Position numbers and translations under genes: made by a program. Positions 1-11,886 of a DNA stretch of 64,000 bases are shown here, piece after piece. The DNA is taken from contig OZ024743.1 of assembly GCA_964016885.1 (NCBI GenBank), forward strand, positions 160,022,001 through 160,086,000, in the 5' to 3' direction. Every line of letters starts with the position of its first letter. Position 1 is the stretch's first letter. This DNA comes from Eledone cirrhosa. Lineage: Eukaryota. The notes under the pieces were generated by a model, which was not told where the DNA came from, ran no database searches, and saw only the letters and a list, made by a program, of their open reading frames with translations.

Positions 1-382
1 GCGAAGATGGTGCCAAAACGGCTGAACGATGACCAGAAGGGTCGACGCATGCAAGTGTGCCAGGATCTACTCGAGCGTCTTGAACCCGAACCAGACTTGC
101 TAGGGACAGTCATCACCGGTGATGAGTCATGGATCTTCGAGTACGACCCGGAGGGGACCCGTTTTGCAGACGTGGACGACATCAAAAAGACGTGACGACG
201 GAACTGCGGAGGATCCCGGAAGAATCCTTCCTGGAGTGCATGCAAGAGTGGCAGAAAGGGGTGGAAAAGTGCATTAGACTCCAGGGGGATTACTTTGAAG
301 GAGAGCACTCTTAGTGTGAAGTTTGGGTTTGAAATAAATCTTTTGTGACATCAATCCTGGAACCTTTCTGATACACCTCGTA
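1..382 (+). mobile_element. Tc1/mariner transposon, 3' part, internally deleted
   Basis: VPKRL...VITGDESWIFEYDPE (first catalytic D region) is fused directly to GTRF...KCIRLQGDYFEG (C-terminus). The right end reads as TIR TACGAGGTGTATCAGAAAGG on the minus strand, ending in TA at 381-382. Confidence 0.9.
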
Positions 383-2735
383 TATTCAAATTAAATTCTA
401 AACAAGCAGAAGAATCAGAGTTATTGATATTTCAGTGAAAGCCTGTACATTTATAATAAAAACTACTGCTCTTGCAATCAGCTCCCATACATTATCTAAT
501 ATTCATAGCTGTCAACCTCATTTAAATAAATAAAAGTTAATATATTTTGACATTTCATTTGCTTTGTATCTCGAGTATATTTGGCTTCATTTTCTTTTTG
601 TTCTCCAGGAAATTGCTATTTCCTTTTTTTTCAAATATTACTTAGGGACGTTTAGAAAAAATATTAATACTGTGTACGACATTTAATAGTTTTTGTTTTT
701 CAACTAATATCAATCAGAAGCAGACGTGTATGAATAAATCTGCGTGGAAAATAAATGGAAAATAATGATTATACACGTATAATTAAAGCAAGCGTGTGTG
801 TCTTGTATATTTAATTAATCATTAAATTACGAATATGTAGAAATCGATATAAACACACTGGGAATTGAGTTGAAAAACAATAGTTTTACTTGTAGAAAAA
901 GTAGACCCAGAAAAATCTAATTTAAAGATTACAGGAACAGATTTGATTTGATTTTGCCTCTAGTTGAAGGATGTTGATGAAATAGTTATTATTAATATCT
1001 TCAGGTCTTTGAATCACCATATAAGCTTTAACTCCAAAGACTAACCTTGAGACTAATCAAAAGAAATGAGTAATTCTAGCAGCATGAGTTGGCGGGCACA
1101 CGAACGCAAGTAATACGATTATAAGTAATCTTTAAATTAGAAGCAGGTTAAACCAAACATAAATGTTATATAAGGGAGATTTTTCAGGCTTTGTTTAACT
1201 TTGAAATGTGTATTCTTGCGAAGTCATGTTTGAATTTCAGTTTAATTGCGGTTTGTAAGGATTTCAATTAAACTTAAGTTGTTAATTTTCTTGATATTTT
1301 TTATGGACAATACACATTTGCAATAAACAATAATTATTTCTCCTCATTTTCATATTGCACTCCAGGCTATTAATATTTATCTATTATAACCTAGAAATAT
1401 ACTGCGAAATTCCATATGCAGCTATAAAATTATAGAAAAACATGAACTGCCTGATTTATCTATTTGTTTTAAGTATTTGATTTTTGAGATGTAAATTCCA
1501 CATAGATCGATTTGAAGACGTAGTCTTACATGAGAAAATGTTTGTTATACAGTTGTCTCATCCGTTATCTTCTGAAAGAAACCTCCGTCATACTTGTGCT
1601 TAACTTGATTACTAACGAGGAAGGCATTACCCGGACGACACGTTTCCATTTCTCTTGTCTGACACTTTTGTATAGAGGTTATGAGATCAAAGACGACTGG
1701 AGGTATAGCAGGGTTTCGGTGAGACAAGCAGAGTGATTCCCATTTCTTAGCATCCCACAATGATATTGCTGGATATCGTCTTTCTCCTCCCTCAATTTTG
1801 ACTTGACCACAAACCTAAATAATTTCATGGAGTGATTAAGACAACTTCGACCTGCATTGGCCTGCCTGCCAACAATGTTGTGCGCAAAATGGCAAATGCA
1901 CATATTTTGTGGTTCCTTAGATGAGAAGCAATGGCCGATGAGTTGTCCCGAAAGCAATTGGCAGCACCATTATTATAGGTACTGCCTCTACAACCATATA
2001 GTAATACGAGTAGCCCTTAGTGACTGGTCATAGTACACCTTCCTGAACATTATTTTATTCTGATACGGTCAACTTTAATATATCCTGTGCTGCATGACAA
2101 GCTACTACCCGAGTGCACCAACGATCAATGTATTTGTCTAAAAAAAATTCTACCTTCGATTTATTTATATGTTTGTGTGGTCATTCTATTAATATCTAAT
2201 CGTACCTTATATATAAAACACAAACATTATTTTATCTATCTATGCCTCTTTCTAGAGAATAAAGGACAGGAGAAAAAGAAATGTGAATTGGGATTTGGGA
2301 AGAGAAATGTCGAGAAACAGAGATAGGATTTTAAACATCTACAAGGAACTTCGCATTTACCGTGTTCTGCAGATAGTCCGTCATCGACGGACAAGTCATA
2401 TTTGGAAGAACATTTATGACGTTGCGTGTTTAAATTGAAATGTACATTATTCACAGATTGGTAGGTTGCATGTGCAAACACAATTAGTCAACATGCCTAC
2501 CGTAATGTATATAATTCAAAAAGCGAGGAAAAAGTAGACAAAAGAAAATCTATCTTTTCCTCGAAATCCCAACTGCAGTTTCGCCAAATTGCTTTGTAGA
2601 AATGCTGCCCTATAGAAGTGCCACATCGCTGTGAGGTTGTACGGCTTATCAAGAGACCTCTCAGCTGACTGTTTCTTGACCCGATCGTTATAACTAAATA
2701 ATTTTCGAGAAACGAGGGAGAAATTAACACGGGAT

Positions 2736-2794
<59 letters not shown>

Positions 2795-2904
2795 GGGTTA
2801 TATATATATATGTAGAGGTTATATTTAATTTGTTGGGATACAACAGAATGGTTGCATTTTTTAAGGGTATGTCAATATTTATTTATAAAACTAACCTATA
2901 TTAT

Positions 2905-2968
2905 ATTTTATCTGATGAAAGCGCACCATAGTTTGCCTTGGTGGCCCTTGAAATATGTATAATGAAAT
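2905..2968 (+). ncRNA. Type I hammerhead ribozyme, PLE family A
   Basis: attttat-CTGATGA-helix II (aagcgcacca..tggtggccctt)-GAAA-tatgta-TA-atgaaat; homologous to 16119-16180 and 17344-17404. Confidence 0.75.
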
Positions 2969-3092
2969 AAATATGGTTTTATAAATATAGTTCCATATGT
3001 TAATATATTGTGTGTATATATATATATAAAATGGAAAACGAAGTTGAATATGCATTTGTAGTCTTTAAGAAGGGTTAGTTACACAGCAATTT

Positions 3093-3136
3093 TTAACTTT
3101 ACTGGTTTCACAACTTTCATGATTTTCAAAAGTTAA
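3093..3136 (-). ncRNA. Degenerate hammerhead motif
   Basis: Minus strand ttaactt-TTGAAAA-tcatgaaagttgt-GAAA-ccag-TA-aagttaa; 7-bp helix I intact, core mutated. Confidence 0.4.
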
Positions 3137-3750
3137 GAGAGATGAATAGATGTAAGGCCTTGCCGACTTGTAACTCGCATCTAATTGATGCTGGAAATTA
3201 CTTTCAGTTTCAAGCAAAAAATGTGCCTCAGATTTGATGTACAATTTGATATATTAAGAAAGATAACGTGATTAGGCTTCATATTTTATAGAAAATTCGC
3301 AGAAAAAGTGATTAGGCTTCAGATTTTGTAGTAAATGCCCAGCATCGTGAGTGTCATGGTTCTTTCAGTTTTATGCAGAAAGATGGTTCAAATTCATCTG
3401 TTTAAAGTGAATATGGACATTGGCAAATATTTTCTTTGTTGCAATCCCCAAATGCAAAAATACAGGAATGTTATTTATGCATACATGTGTTTGTGTGTGT
3501 GTGTAGCTAGATTTTTCCTGAGACGTCTGAATAATAATAACAATAAAAACAACAAAAGTAGCAAGAAAAATGTAATACAGGAGAATCGTTATTACATTAA
3601 CAATTAAATAAATCAGATATTGTGTGCTTTTTATTTTTTTGAGACTTAACAATCGCACAGAAATTTTGTTACAAACTATTATATATATATGTGTGTATGG
3701 GTGTATGTATACATATGTATGCATGTATATATTTATATATATATATATAG

Positions 3751-3940
3751 AGAAGGATTTAAATGGATACAGTTCAGTAAAAGGAATTTATTAAATTCCT
3801 TTTACTGAACTGTATCCATTTAAATCCTTCTATTTTCTCCGAATTACTTTTGAAACTACAACTGGAACTGTTGAGCAAACCCTACGTGAGCTGTCCATCT
3901 ACTGTGTGTAATATTCATATTACAACACTACGGAAAATAC
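3751..3940 (+). mobile_element. Fold-back remnant of the PLE family at 19650-22736 (40-bp perfect palindrome plus 3' tail)
   Basis: Arms 3751-3790 and 3792-3831 are perfectly inverted; 3793-3940 matches the reverse complement of 19652-19800; flanked by (TA)n. Confidence 0.8.
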
Positions 3941-4116
3941 TATATATATATAGAGAGAGAGAGAGAGAGATTTTGAGTTTATGTTGGTTGTATACCAACA
4001 CCTCAGTATGCAGGCTGGAGCACTCGACGAAGTGCGCAGGTTGGTTTGGTTACTCCGGAGTAGTGTAAAATAAAGTTAAATAAAAGTCAAATGATTAAAA
4101 TTTAGCTTCGTTTATT

Positions 4117-4171
4117 ACTGCTATATATATTTCAGTTACAGCCATCTTTGGCTGTGACCTCTTCAGGCAGT
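4117..4171 (-). ncRNA. Intact minimal type I hammerhead ribozyme
   Basis: actgc-CTGAAGA-ggtcacagccaaagatggctgtaact-GAAA-tatata-TA-gcagt; helices I and II pair, helix III is palindromic. Confidence 0.9.
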
Positions 4172-4285
4172 TTGAATTAGTATGGTATAGACAAGTACAT
4201 ATGTTGTTTAGGTGTATGATATTGTCAATACTCTGATATGCCCAGTTCCTTGTTGGGTTGTTAATTCACTGGGGAACTGGAGTCA

Positions 4286-4393
<108 letters not shown>

Positions 4394-4520
4394 TAGAAAT
4401 TTCGTATTTCTAAAGAAACACATCTATGCATTTCAGGCTGACTGAGCCAACTTATGCAGATTCATATGCAAATGAGATTAATCACATCATTTACACAGCG
4501 AAATACTTGGAGCGAGATCC

Positions 4521-4593
<73 letters not shown>

Positions 4594-4613
4594 CTCTCTC
4601 TCTCTCTATATAC

Positions 4614-4647
<34 letters not shown>

Positions 4648-4736
4648 ATGTTTAAGGTGAACAGAAATAACAACACAATCGGTACAGTATATGGAAAGTA
4701 TATATTAGGTTAACGCTTGATATAGCAGGAAGAGGG

Positions 4737-4766
4737 TCTTAACGTTTCGGACGCTTCATCAGAAGA
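4737..4766 (-). ncRNA. Hammerhead motif, family E (helix II partly deleted)
   Basis: tctt-CTGATGA-agcgtcc-GAAA-cg-TT-aaga; flank 4650-4790 is homologous to 31445-31590 and, inverted, to 33343-33412. Confidence 0.6.
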
Positions 4767-5075
4767 AAGAATGAGAAATAAAATTGTTTGAGGGGCGGGC
4801 GGGATGTAATTGGAAAAAATGTCTTTAGATAAAAATAACAGGTCCATTCATGTTGACATCTCTTGCAAAACTGTTGGTGCTGGCGTGTTGTGTATGATTT
4901 GTTTTTTATACACATATATATATGTGTGTGTGTGTGTATGTATATATATTTAAATATATGTGTGTGTGTGTACGTATGTATATATATATATATATGTATA
5001 TATTTATATATATACATACATACATATATATATATATACATACATACATATACATACATATATATACATATACAT

Positions 5076-5108
<33 letters not shown>

Positions 5109-5395
5109 CATGTATATATATATATATATATATAGTGGCCGGCCGTTGCAGAAACAAAACCACGCATTCGGCCGGCCCCCCGCGTCATGAAAAGAAAAAA
5201 TATTTCGAGGAAATTATTGGATTTTTCCAAATTTAAATGTTTCTTAGGATCTTTCAATGTTTATTTTAGGTTTTGCCGTCCAAAGAGCTCAGGCTATCAT
5301 AAATGATAGTCATTAGTAGAATATATGTAACGGAGTTTTAAATAAACTCGAATCAACTGAATATGGCCTCAGATCTTTTATCAATATATATATAG

Positions 5396-5775
5396 ATTAA
5401 TAAAAGGAATTCCAACTTTGTCTGATTTACTCGTTTTATTTACAATCCTTTAACATTTATAATAGTATTAGAATGAAATAGTATGGTAGAATATTAAATG
5501 TTAAGTGTTAATTGAACAAGTACTTTCATGCTTTCGCAATCTTCAGGTTCATAATCTGTGGTGACAGTCAAGTTTGCAATTTTCAAATGTGTAATAGTTG
5601 AAAATTGCAAACTTGACTGTCACCACACATTATGAACCTGAAGTTTGCGAAAGCATGAAAGTACATTTAACATTTAATATTCTACCATACTATTTCATTC
5701 TAATACTATTATAAATGTTAAAGGATTGTAAATAAAAGGAGTAAATCAGACAAAGTTGGAATTCCTTTTATTAAT
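5396..5775. mobile_element. ~380 bp fold-back PLE pseudo-LTR remnant
   Basis: Near-perfect inverted arms centred near 5590; contains an HHR on the minus strand and a truncated plus-strand copy at 5633-5665. Confidence 0.8.
5513..5551 (-). ncRNA. Intact minimal type I hammerhead ribozyme
   Basis: tgaac-CTGAAGA-ttgcgaaagcat-GAAA-gtac-TT-gttca. Confidence 0.9.
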
Positions 5776-5824
5776 ATAATCTTCTATACACAATCATACA
5801 CACCCGTGTATATTTATCTCTCTC

Positions 5825-5855
<31 letters not shown>

Positions 5856-6009
5856 TAATATATATGACTGCCGATCACTATATTTGATTTGCAAAGCATG
5901 TCTAAACGTATTGTTATAACTCTGGTCTCCATCGAGTGCTAAAGTTAAATTCCGAATTTGCATTCGTTAGCTTAGCCGCAGCCTAAAGCTTAGTTAAGGC
6001 TGTACTAAA

Positions 6010-6054
<45 letters not shown>

Positions 6055-6139
6055 GATAAATCTACCAAAATATACGGTAGTGTCCAATCCGTATGAAGAA
6101 CTTAATGTAATCCAAATATCATGGAAAGAGAAGATGTAT

Positions 6140-6277
6140 TCATCATTTTACGATCGTTTCTAGGATATATATGTGTGTGTTGGTATGTATATCATATAGA
6201 TCTATGTAAATTTTTTACAAACTATCAGAGAAAATATACATACCTACACATATATATGCTGTCTTCAGAAATAATGA
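6140..6277 (-). ncRNA. Hammerhead ribozyme with ~101-nt helix II
   Basis: tcattattt-CTGAAGA-[atatatatgtgt/acacatatatat and ggtatgtatat/atatacatacc stems]-GAAA-cgatcg-TA-aaatgatga. Confidence 0.8.
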
Positions 6278-7044
6278 TATTTGTTTATTGAAAAAAAACA
6301 ACAAAGATTTAATATAATAGGTCTGTTTGGGAACAGATTTTGAATTGACCAATAGAAAGGTAGTAAGTGGTCAAGATGATAGAATAGTAGTAATAGAAAT
6401 TTAATTTAGTGCTATAGGAAAGCAGACTTCAGTTTTGAATGGAAAGAGTATTTTGAATGAAAAGATTACTTTGGGGATGAAAATAGATAAAGCCGGTGAA
6501 AGGTACACGAACATTTGATGTTATAAAGAATAATGCTAATGTTAAAATCTAAGGAGAATAACATTTTACGATAAATGTGTTAGTGAAAAATATCAATCTT
6601 ATTTAAAGCATAAGGAATTTACATCTATAAAAAGAAAATAAATTAATTTCATTGATAGGTATATTTTCTATTGATAAATTTATATTAATTCATATAGATA
6701 TGATAAATAAGAGTTAGATGTTATTGAAGAATGTTGTTAAAAACAAAGGGAAAGAAGATAAATGTTTGTTGGGGGGGGGGGGGCTAAATGTATTAGTGAG
6801 AAATAACAAATTTATATAGATTACAAGGAATATAGATTCATAACGTGAAATTAAAATAGTTTATATGTATACTTATTGGTATAAATTTTAGGAAAAGATA
6901 GCTGTAAAAGGGAAATAAAATTATGCAGTTCATTAGTAGTAGAATATTAATTATAGGAAAAGTTCTTCTAATTTTATGATTACATGATATAATTAATTCT
7001 TGTCGCTTATTTAATAGGATATCCTTAGATTTAATTATTTCAAA

Positions 7045-8853
7045 ATATGCGACCTTTTATAACGAAGCTTTAGCTAGAAGCGGCCACAAAAAGAAATTAG
7101 TATATATACCTTGTACCAATAATACTACAAACATACAACCCAATATTACTGTGCATTTTCCCTTATTGCGCTGCATTTTCCCCCTACACATAAATATATT
7201 AACATTTTTAATAGAAATACTATTAAAATGTCTTACTCTACGACTCCTAACCTTGCACATAACATCACAGCTTCAAATTTAGCTTAACTACCTAGCCGTA
7301 GGAACACGTGCAACCCTGTATTTAGTACTAACTGTAATTGTAGGAATCGGGTTGATTGCCCCCATCCGGTAAATGCCTCTCTAGTAACATTGTCTACAAA
7401 TGTAAGGTTGAAACACCCACATCCCGTAGGGCCTACATACGGTTAACCGCCAACAGATTCAAGCAGCGTCTTTACATGCATACCCATTCTTTTCGTTACC
7501 CTCTAAGAAGGGATATGACGTCAATTTCAGCTTATACCTGGAGTCAAAAAGACAACCTCATCCAATTTAAGTTACACTGGGAGATCCTAGCTAGTGCTAG
7601 ATTGTATAACGGAAATAAAAGACCATGTGACCTCTGCGCTGCTGAGGCCCTGTTAATACTCTACGCCACAGACCACATCTTAAACAAAAAGTCTGAGGCA
7701 ATTTCGGCTTGTAAACATGAATTGCACAAAGCTTTCCTGTATTACAGACCCACATTATACCCTAACGGATAGTACGATCTATACGTGGATATTTTACGTC
7801 TTGATGTGGTAGCTAAGTATATGTTTTGTTTATACCATCACTTATTTGCATAGGTAAGTATATATTACCTGTATGTTTTGTGAAGGTACGTATACCTTCT
7901 CGTACGTATATTTGTTTGTGTATGTTATGGCGTATAATTTAATATATTCTGGTACATATGGTTTGGTTATGTGTATACGGGAGTTTTGCGTCTGCGTGAG
8001 TATGCAGGTTCCTAGGTATGTATGGTGTGTGTATATGAGTACTTCATGTTTTGGTTGACTTACGTCTCCGAACATTTGTTTATTTACATGTAGGTATGTG
8101 TGTGCGCTTGTTATATACGTATGTATTTATTTATATACGTTTCTTTAATTATTTATTGATTTGTATACACGTACACACAGACACATATTTATATATGCGC
8201 GATTTTGTATACCTATGGCAAGTGTTTTGCGTATGCTTGTGTATGTACGTATTTGCATGCATGTATGCATTTATTTAATTTCTATTACCTCGCTATTGTG
8301 TTTATTTACTTTATTCTTTACTCTGAAGCGGAGATTCATTAGGTTTCCTAATAAGAATTTAGTCTACAACTTCAGCTATACCATTTACGTGGTTTTGTCT
8401 TTGCGTGCAAATGTTCCACAAGCTCCTCATATCACGTATTAATCTTCGTTTTTTCCGTTCATTGCCAGAGAACGTCTCTATGAACCACCTAAGAGAACAT
8501 TAGTCTACGACCTCTTTTATACCATAAACGTGGTTCTGTCTTTGCGCGTAATTAATGACGTATTATATTCGTTTTTCCCATTCTTTGCCAGGGAACGTTT
8601 CCACGAACCAAAGTATCGTCTCCTTGTCTTCCTCCGGTTGCAACGTTTTTTGAAATATCCACTTCTGCGTTTACAGATTGACTTTGTTAGTTTCAGAAGA
8701 TCCCGTTAAGGGTGAAAGCAGAGATTCTTTGCTTAAACTTTAATCTGTTATTTTAATAAATATTTGCTCTACGGTTCTTATATATTTGATATATATTTAT
8801 CCTTATCGAGCCCTCTTTGGATTTTAGTCTTCAAATTTATTATTATTACTACA
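7045..8853 (+). mobile_element. 5'-truncated PLE, family B (degenerate GIY-YIG, 3' UTR, pseudo-LTR)
   Basis: NCNCRN..CP..GKCLSSNIVYKC..AYI..RFKQRLY.H..CDLC..E in ORF 7356-7772; colinear with the minus copy at 23617-25300; internal ~140-bp duplication at 8355-8610; ends near (TA)n. Confidence 0.9.
8689..8739 (+). ncRNA. Hammerhead-like motif with CAGAAGA core, family B
   Basis: agttt-CAGAAGA-tcccgttaagggt-GAAA-gcagagattctttgc-TT-aaact. Confidence 0.7.
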
Positions 8854-8869
8854 TGTATATATATATAAG

Positions 8870-10148
8870 CAGAAGGGGTATTTAATTTGTTGGAAGTCTG
8901 ACAAATATAAATGTTTATAACTGATTTAGACCACTCAAGAGTTTACTGGATTAAATATTCAATGATATTAAATAAATGGAAACTATATTTATAAAACCAT
9001 ATTTATTTTATTATATATATTTCAAGGGTACCACAGTTTCAAAAGCAACCGCGTACCGAAACACAACTTTATCTAGATTCTGCAAATAGTGTATTGAGGA
9101 AATTTTGTATATACTTAAATTTTAAAACTCTTTTAATCTAAGAACGAATTTATTTAATTTTTGTAGACATTCCAGAATTCAACATTCAGAACTATATATA
9201 ACTTATAATTATACTTATATTTCTACTTATTCCATAACAATCTCATCCACTTGCTTTTAATGTATTGATATCTCTAAAACATAACATCAATAACATTTGC
9301 TGTAATTCCACTTCTTAAAGTTTCATAAAATATATACGTATATAATTCTAATCTTTTTTTTTATTTTAATTTAAATTTTAATAATTTTTATTTTTTTTAT
9401 TTCTTTATTTTTATTTCTTTAAAAATTATTTATCTTATAAATTATTTTTTTTTTAATTTTCTCAAATTGTTCAATATTTTTTTAATAATTTTTCAATATT
9501 TTTTCAATACTTTATCAATATTTTTTTCTCTATTTTTCAATAGATTTATAACCACTAACTGATTCTGGCTAAACGTATCTTTCAATATCTCTTATTTTGA
9601 CTAAATCGCATCACTCTAACGAATAAATAAATTAAACCGGAGTTTTTTCCGTATCTTCCCATTCATTTTAAATCATATAAATATAAATATTCTTATTAAC
9701 TCAGTTAATTTAATTTAATTTAAATTAATATTTATTTCATTAAATACAAAACCAATATGCATCATAACTCATTAGAACAATTATCTATAACATTATATAC
9801 CCATCTATTTATTTATTTATTTTCTCTCTCTCGAACTATTTTATCCTTCTTCTCTTATCTCTTCTCTCTTTATGTCCATAGTCGTTTAAATAAACGGTGG
9901 TTTTCAATTATTTATATATTCATTTGCATATTCACACATAAGTTTGAAAAATCCCTAATATATTTCCACTATCCAGTGAATAGCCAACCGATAAGGTATG
10001 ATTTTCATAAATATATCTCTATTTATAAAACAAACTTTGTATTTTATCTAATGAAAGCGTACGAATGTGTCATGGTACCCTTGACATATATATAATAAAA
10101 TAAATATCGTTTTATAAATATAGTTTCCATTTATTTAATATCATTGTA
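8870..10148 (+). mobile_element. PLE family A remnant: inverted 5' pseudo-LTR, AT-rich body, pseudo-LTR with decayed HHR
   Basis: 8958-9032 is the reverse complement of 10073-10147; mutated core CTAATGA..GACA at 10048-10086; (TA)n on both sides. Confidence 0.75.
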
Positions 10149-10154
10149 TATATG

Positions 10155-10185
<31 letters not shown>

Positions 10186-10289
10186 TTTTTTTTTTTTTTA
10201 GGAACGATCGACTTTCGTCAAATCGGACCGAGGGAACAATGTTTCCGTTGGTCTTTCCAATTGCTAATACTATCTATCGGTCGGAACTC

Positions 10290-10419
10290 CAGGTAGAAGG
10301 AGCAACGTGAAATAAAGTGTCTTGCTCAAGGACATAACGCATCGCCTGGTCCAGGAATCGAACTCACAACCTTACGATTGCGAATCCAATTCTCTAACTA
10401 CTCAGCCACACGCCTTCAC
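10290..10419 (-). mobile_element. tRNA-derived SINE, second family
   Basis: Minus strand has A box TGGCTGAGTAGTT and B box GAGTTCGATTCC, followed by gcgttatgtccttgagcaagacacttt. Confidence 0.75.
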
Positions 10420-10547
10420 TAAATACATGTATATACATGTATATACATGTATAAATACATGGTATAGACAGAAGTGTATAGACACACACTATATATATAT
10501 ATATATATATATGTATAATGGATAACAAAATATCGTTATAGGTAATT

Positions 10548-10650
10548 TCTTCTGATGATCTGGTTAAGCTAACAACGTATTTAAAATTGAGTGGCACAGC
10601 TTCAAGTGTTCAGCAATTTTTAGACAACTTAATCAGTGAAACAATTAAGA
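10548..10650 (+). ncRNA. Hammerhead motif with ~79-nt helix II
   Basis: tctt-CTGATGA-t ctggttaag...cttaatcag t-GAAA-caa-TT-aaga; helix III imperfect. Confidence 0.6.
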
Positions 10651-10988
10651 CTGTAAATAAAACCCCTTATTGTACCGTTGACCATGTTATTCTTCACTCT
10701 TTCTCTCTCTATCTCTCTCTCTGTCTATATATATATATAGTATATGTGTCTGTGTATATGTTTATTTATGTATGTATGTATATATATATGTATGTATGGG
10801 TTTATGTGTGTGTGTATATATATGTATATATGTATGCACACATATGTATTTCTCTATGTTGCTATATAGTTTTATATATTATTTGTCTTTCCCTTCTTTT
10901 CCTATGTATATTTTCCGTTATTTTTCCAGCCTCACTTCCAATTTTTAACAGATTTTGAATCGCATTTCATAGTTTTTATCCATAACAT

Positions 10989-11056
10989 CTTTGTCTGACG
11001 ACCGATCCAGACGTATATAATTATTGTCTGGGATCCAGAAACCTTTGGTAATGGAG
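10989..11056 (+). ncRNA. Type I hammerhead ribozyme, family C
   Basis: ctttgt-CTGACGA-ccgatccagac..gtctgggatcca-GAAA-cctttgg-TA-atggag. Confidence 0.8.
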
Positions 11057-11697
11057 TAGTTATATTTTGTCTTGTTCATTTTCTCATTAAATAGCTACGT
11101 TCTAGACATGGAGCACTCTTTTATTCTTTGCTTTTTCTTCGGAATTACCTAACACATAAACCGCTCCTAACGGGAATGATCGACGCAAATTCTGCATATC
11201 TATGAGATTGGCATCTTCCAGTCTGACAAGTTGAGCACTCTACAGTTATAAGGAAATTTACCAACACTAACTATGGATTTATATAAAAACATTCCGACAG
11301 CCTCTAATGCTTCTTACACCAAAATATTGATTGAGAAAGTCGAGAATGTAGTACAAAGAATGAGAAGTTTTTGATAGACAATTCGGTTTAAATTCTAAGG
11401 ACTACTTTGACATCCAGCCATGCAAAAACCCACGAAGAGTTAAGGATATGGTCACTTTTGAATCCAACTTAGTTAATAGGATTAACCAACTAAAATTTCG
11501 TAAGTACAATAATTTTCAAACTAAACTTGCTAATGATATCTCTAATATCAAGTCTTCTAATAATAAATTCGTATCTTCCGATAAGAGTAAAAAACTTATA
11601 TGAAGTAAATAACGATTCATATAACCAGCCTTTAACAGATAGTATCTCTACCAAATATCAAAAAGCCAAAAATAACACATATAATAATATAAATAAT

Positions 11698-11886
11698 TGT
11701 TTCTACTTTTGGCTGAAGGCCAGCAATTACCCAGTGCATTCCTAGTACTTTATTTTATCTACCCCGTAAGGATGAAAGGGAAAGTTAACCTTGGCGGGAT
11801 TTGAACTCGGATTGGAAAGGGCCGTAACTCTATGCGTCAAAGCATGGCGTCCGACCCTCTACCGATACTGCCAATCCACCGCCCTC
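11698..11886 (-). mobile_element. tRNA-derived SINE, main family, with ~24-bp TSD
   Basis: A box TGGCAGTATCGGT, B box GAGTTCAAATCC; TSD aacac(a/c)tataataatataaataat at 11674-11697 and 11887-11910. Confidence 0.9.

Noticed and set aside
1545-1960. Possible decayed GIY-YIG (SSAIASHLRNHKIC in one minus frame) or host exon
   Set aside because: Only one weak motif, many stops, no splice evidence
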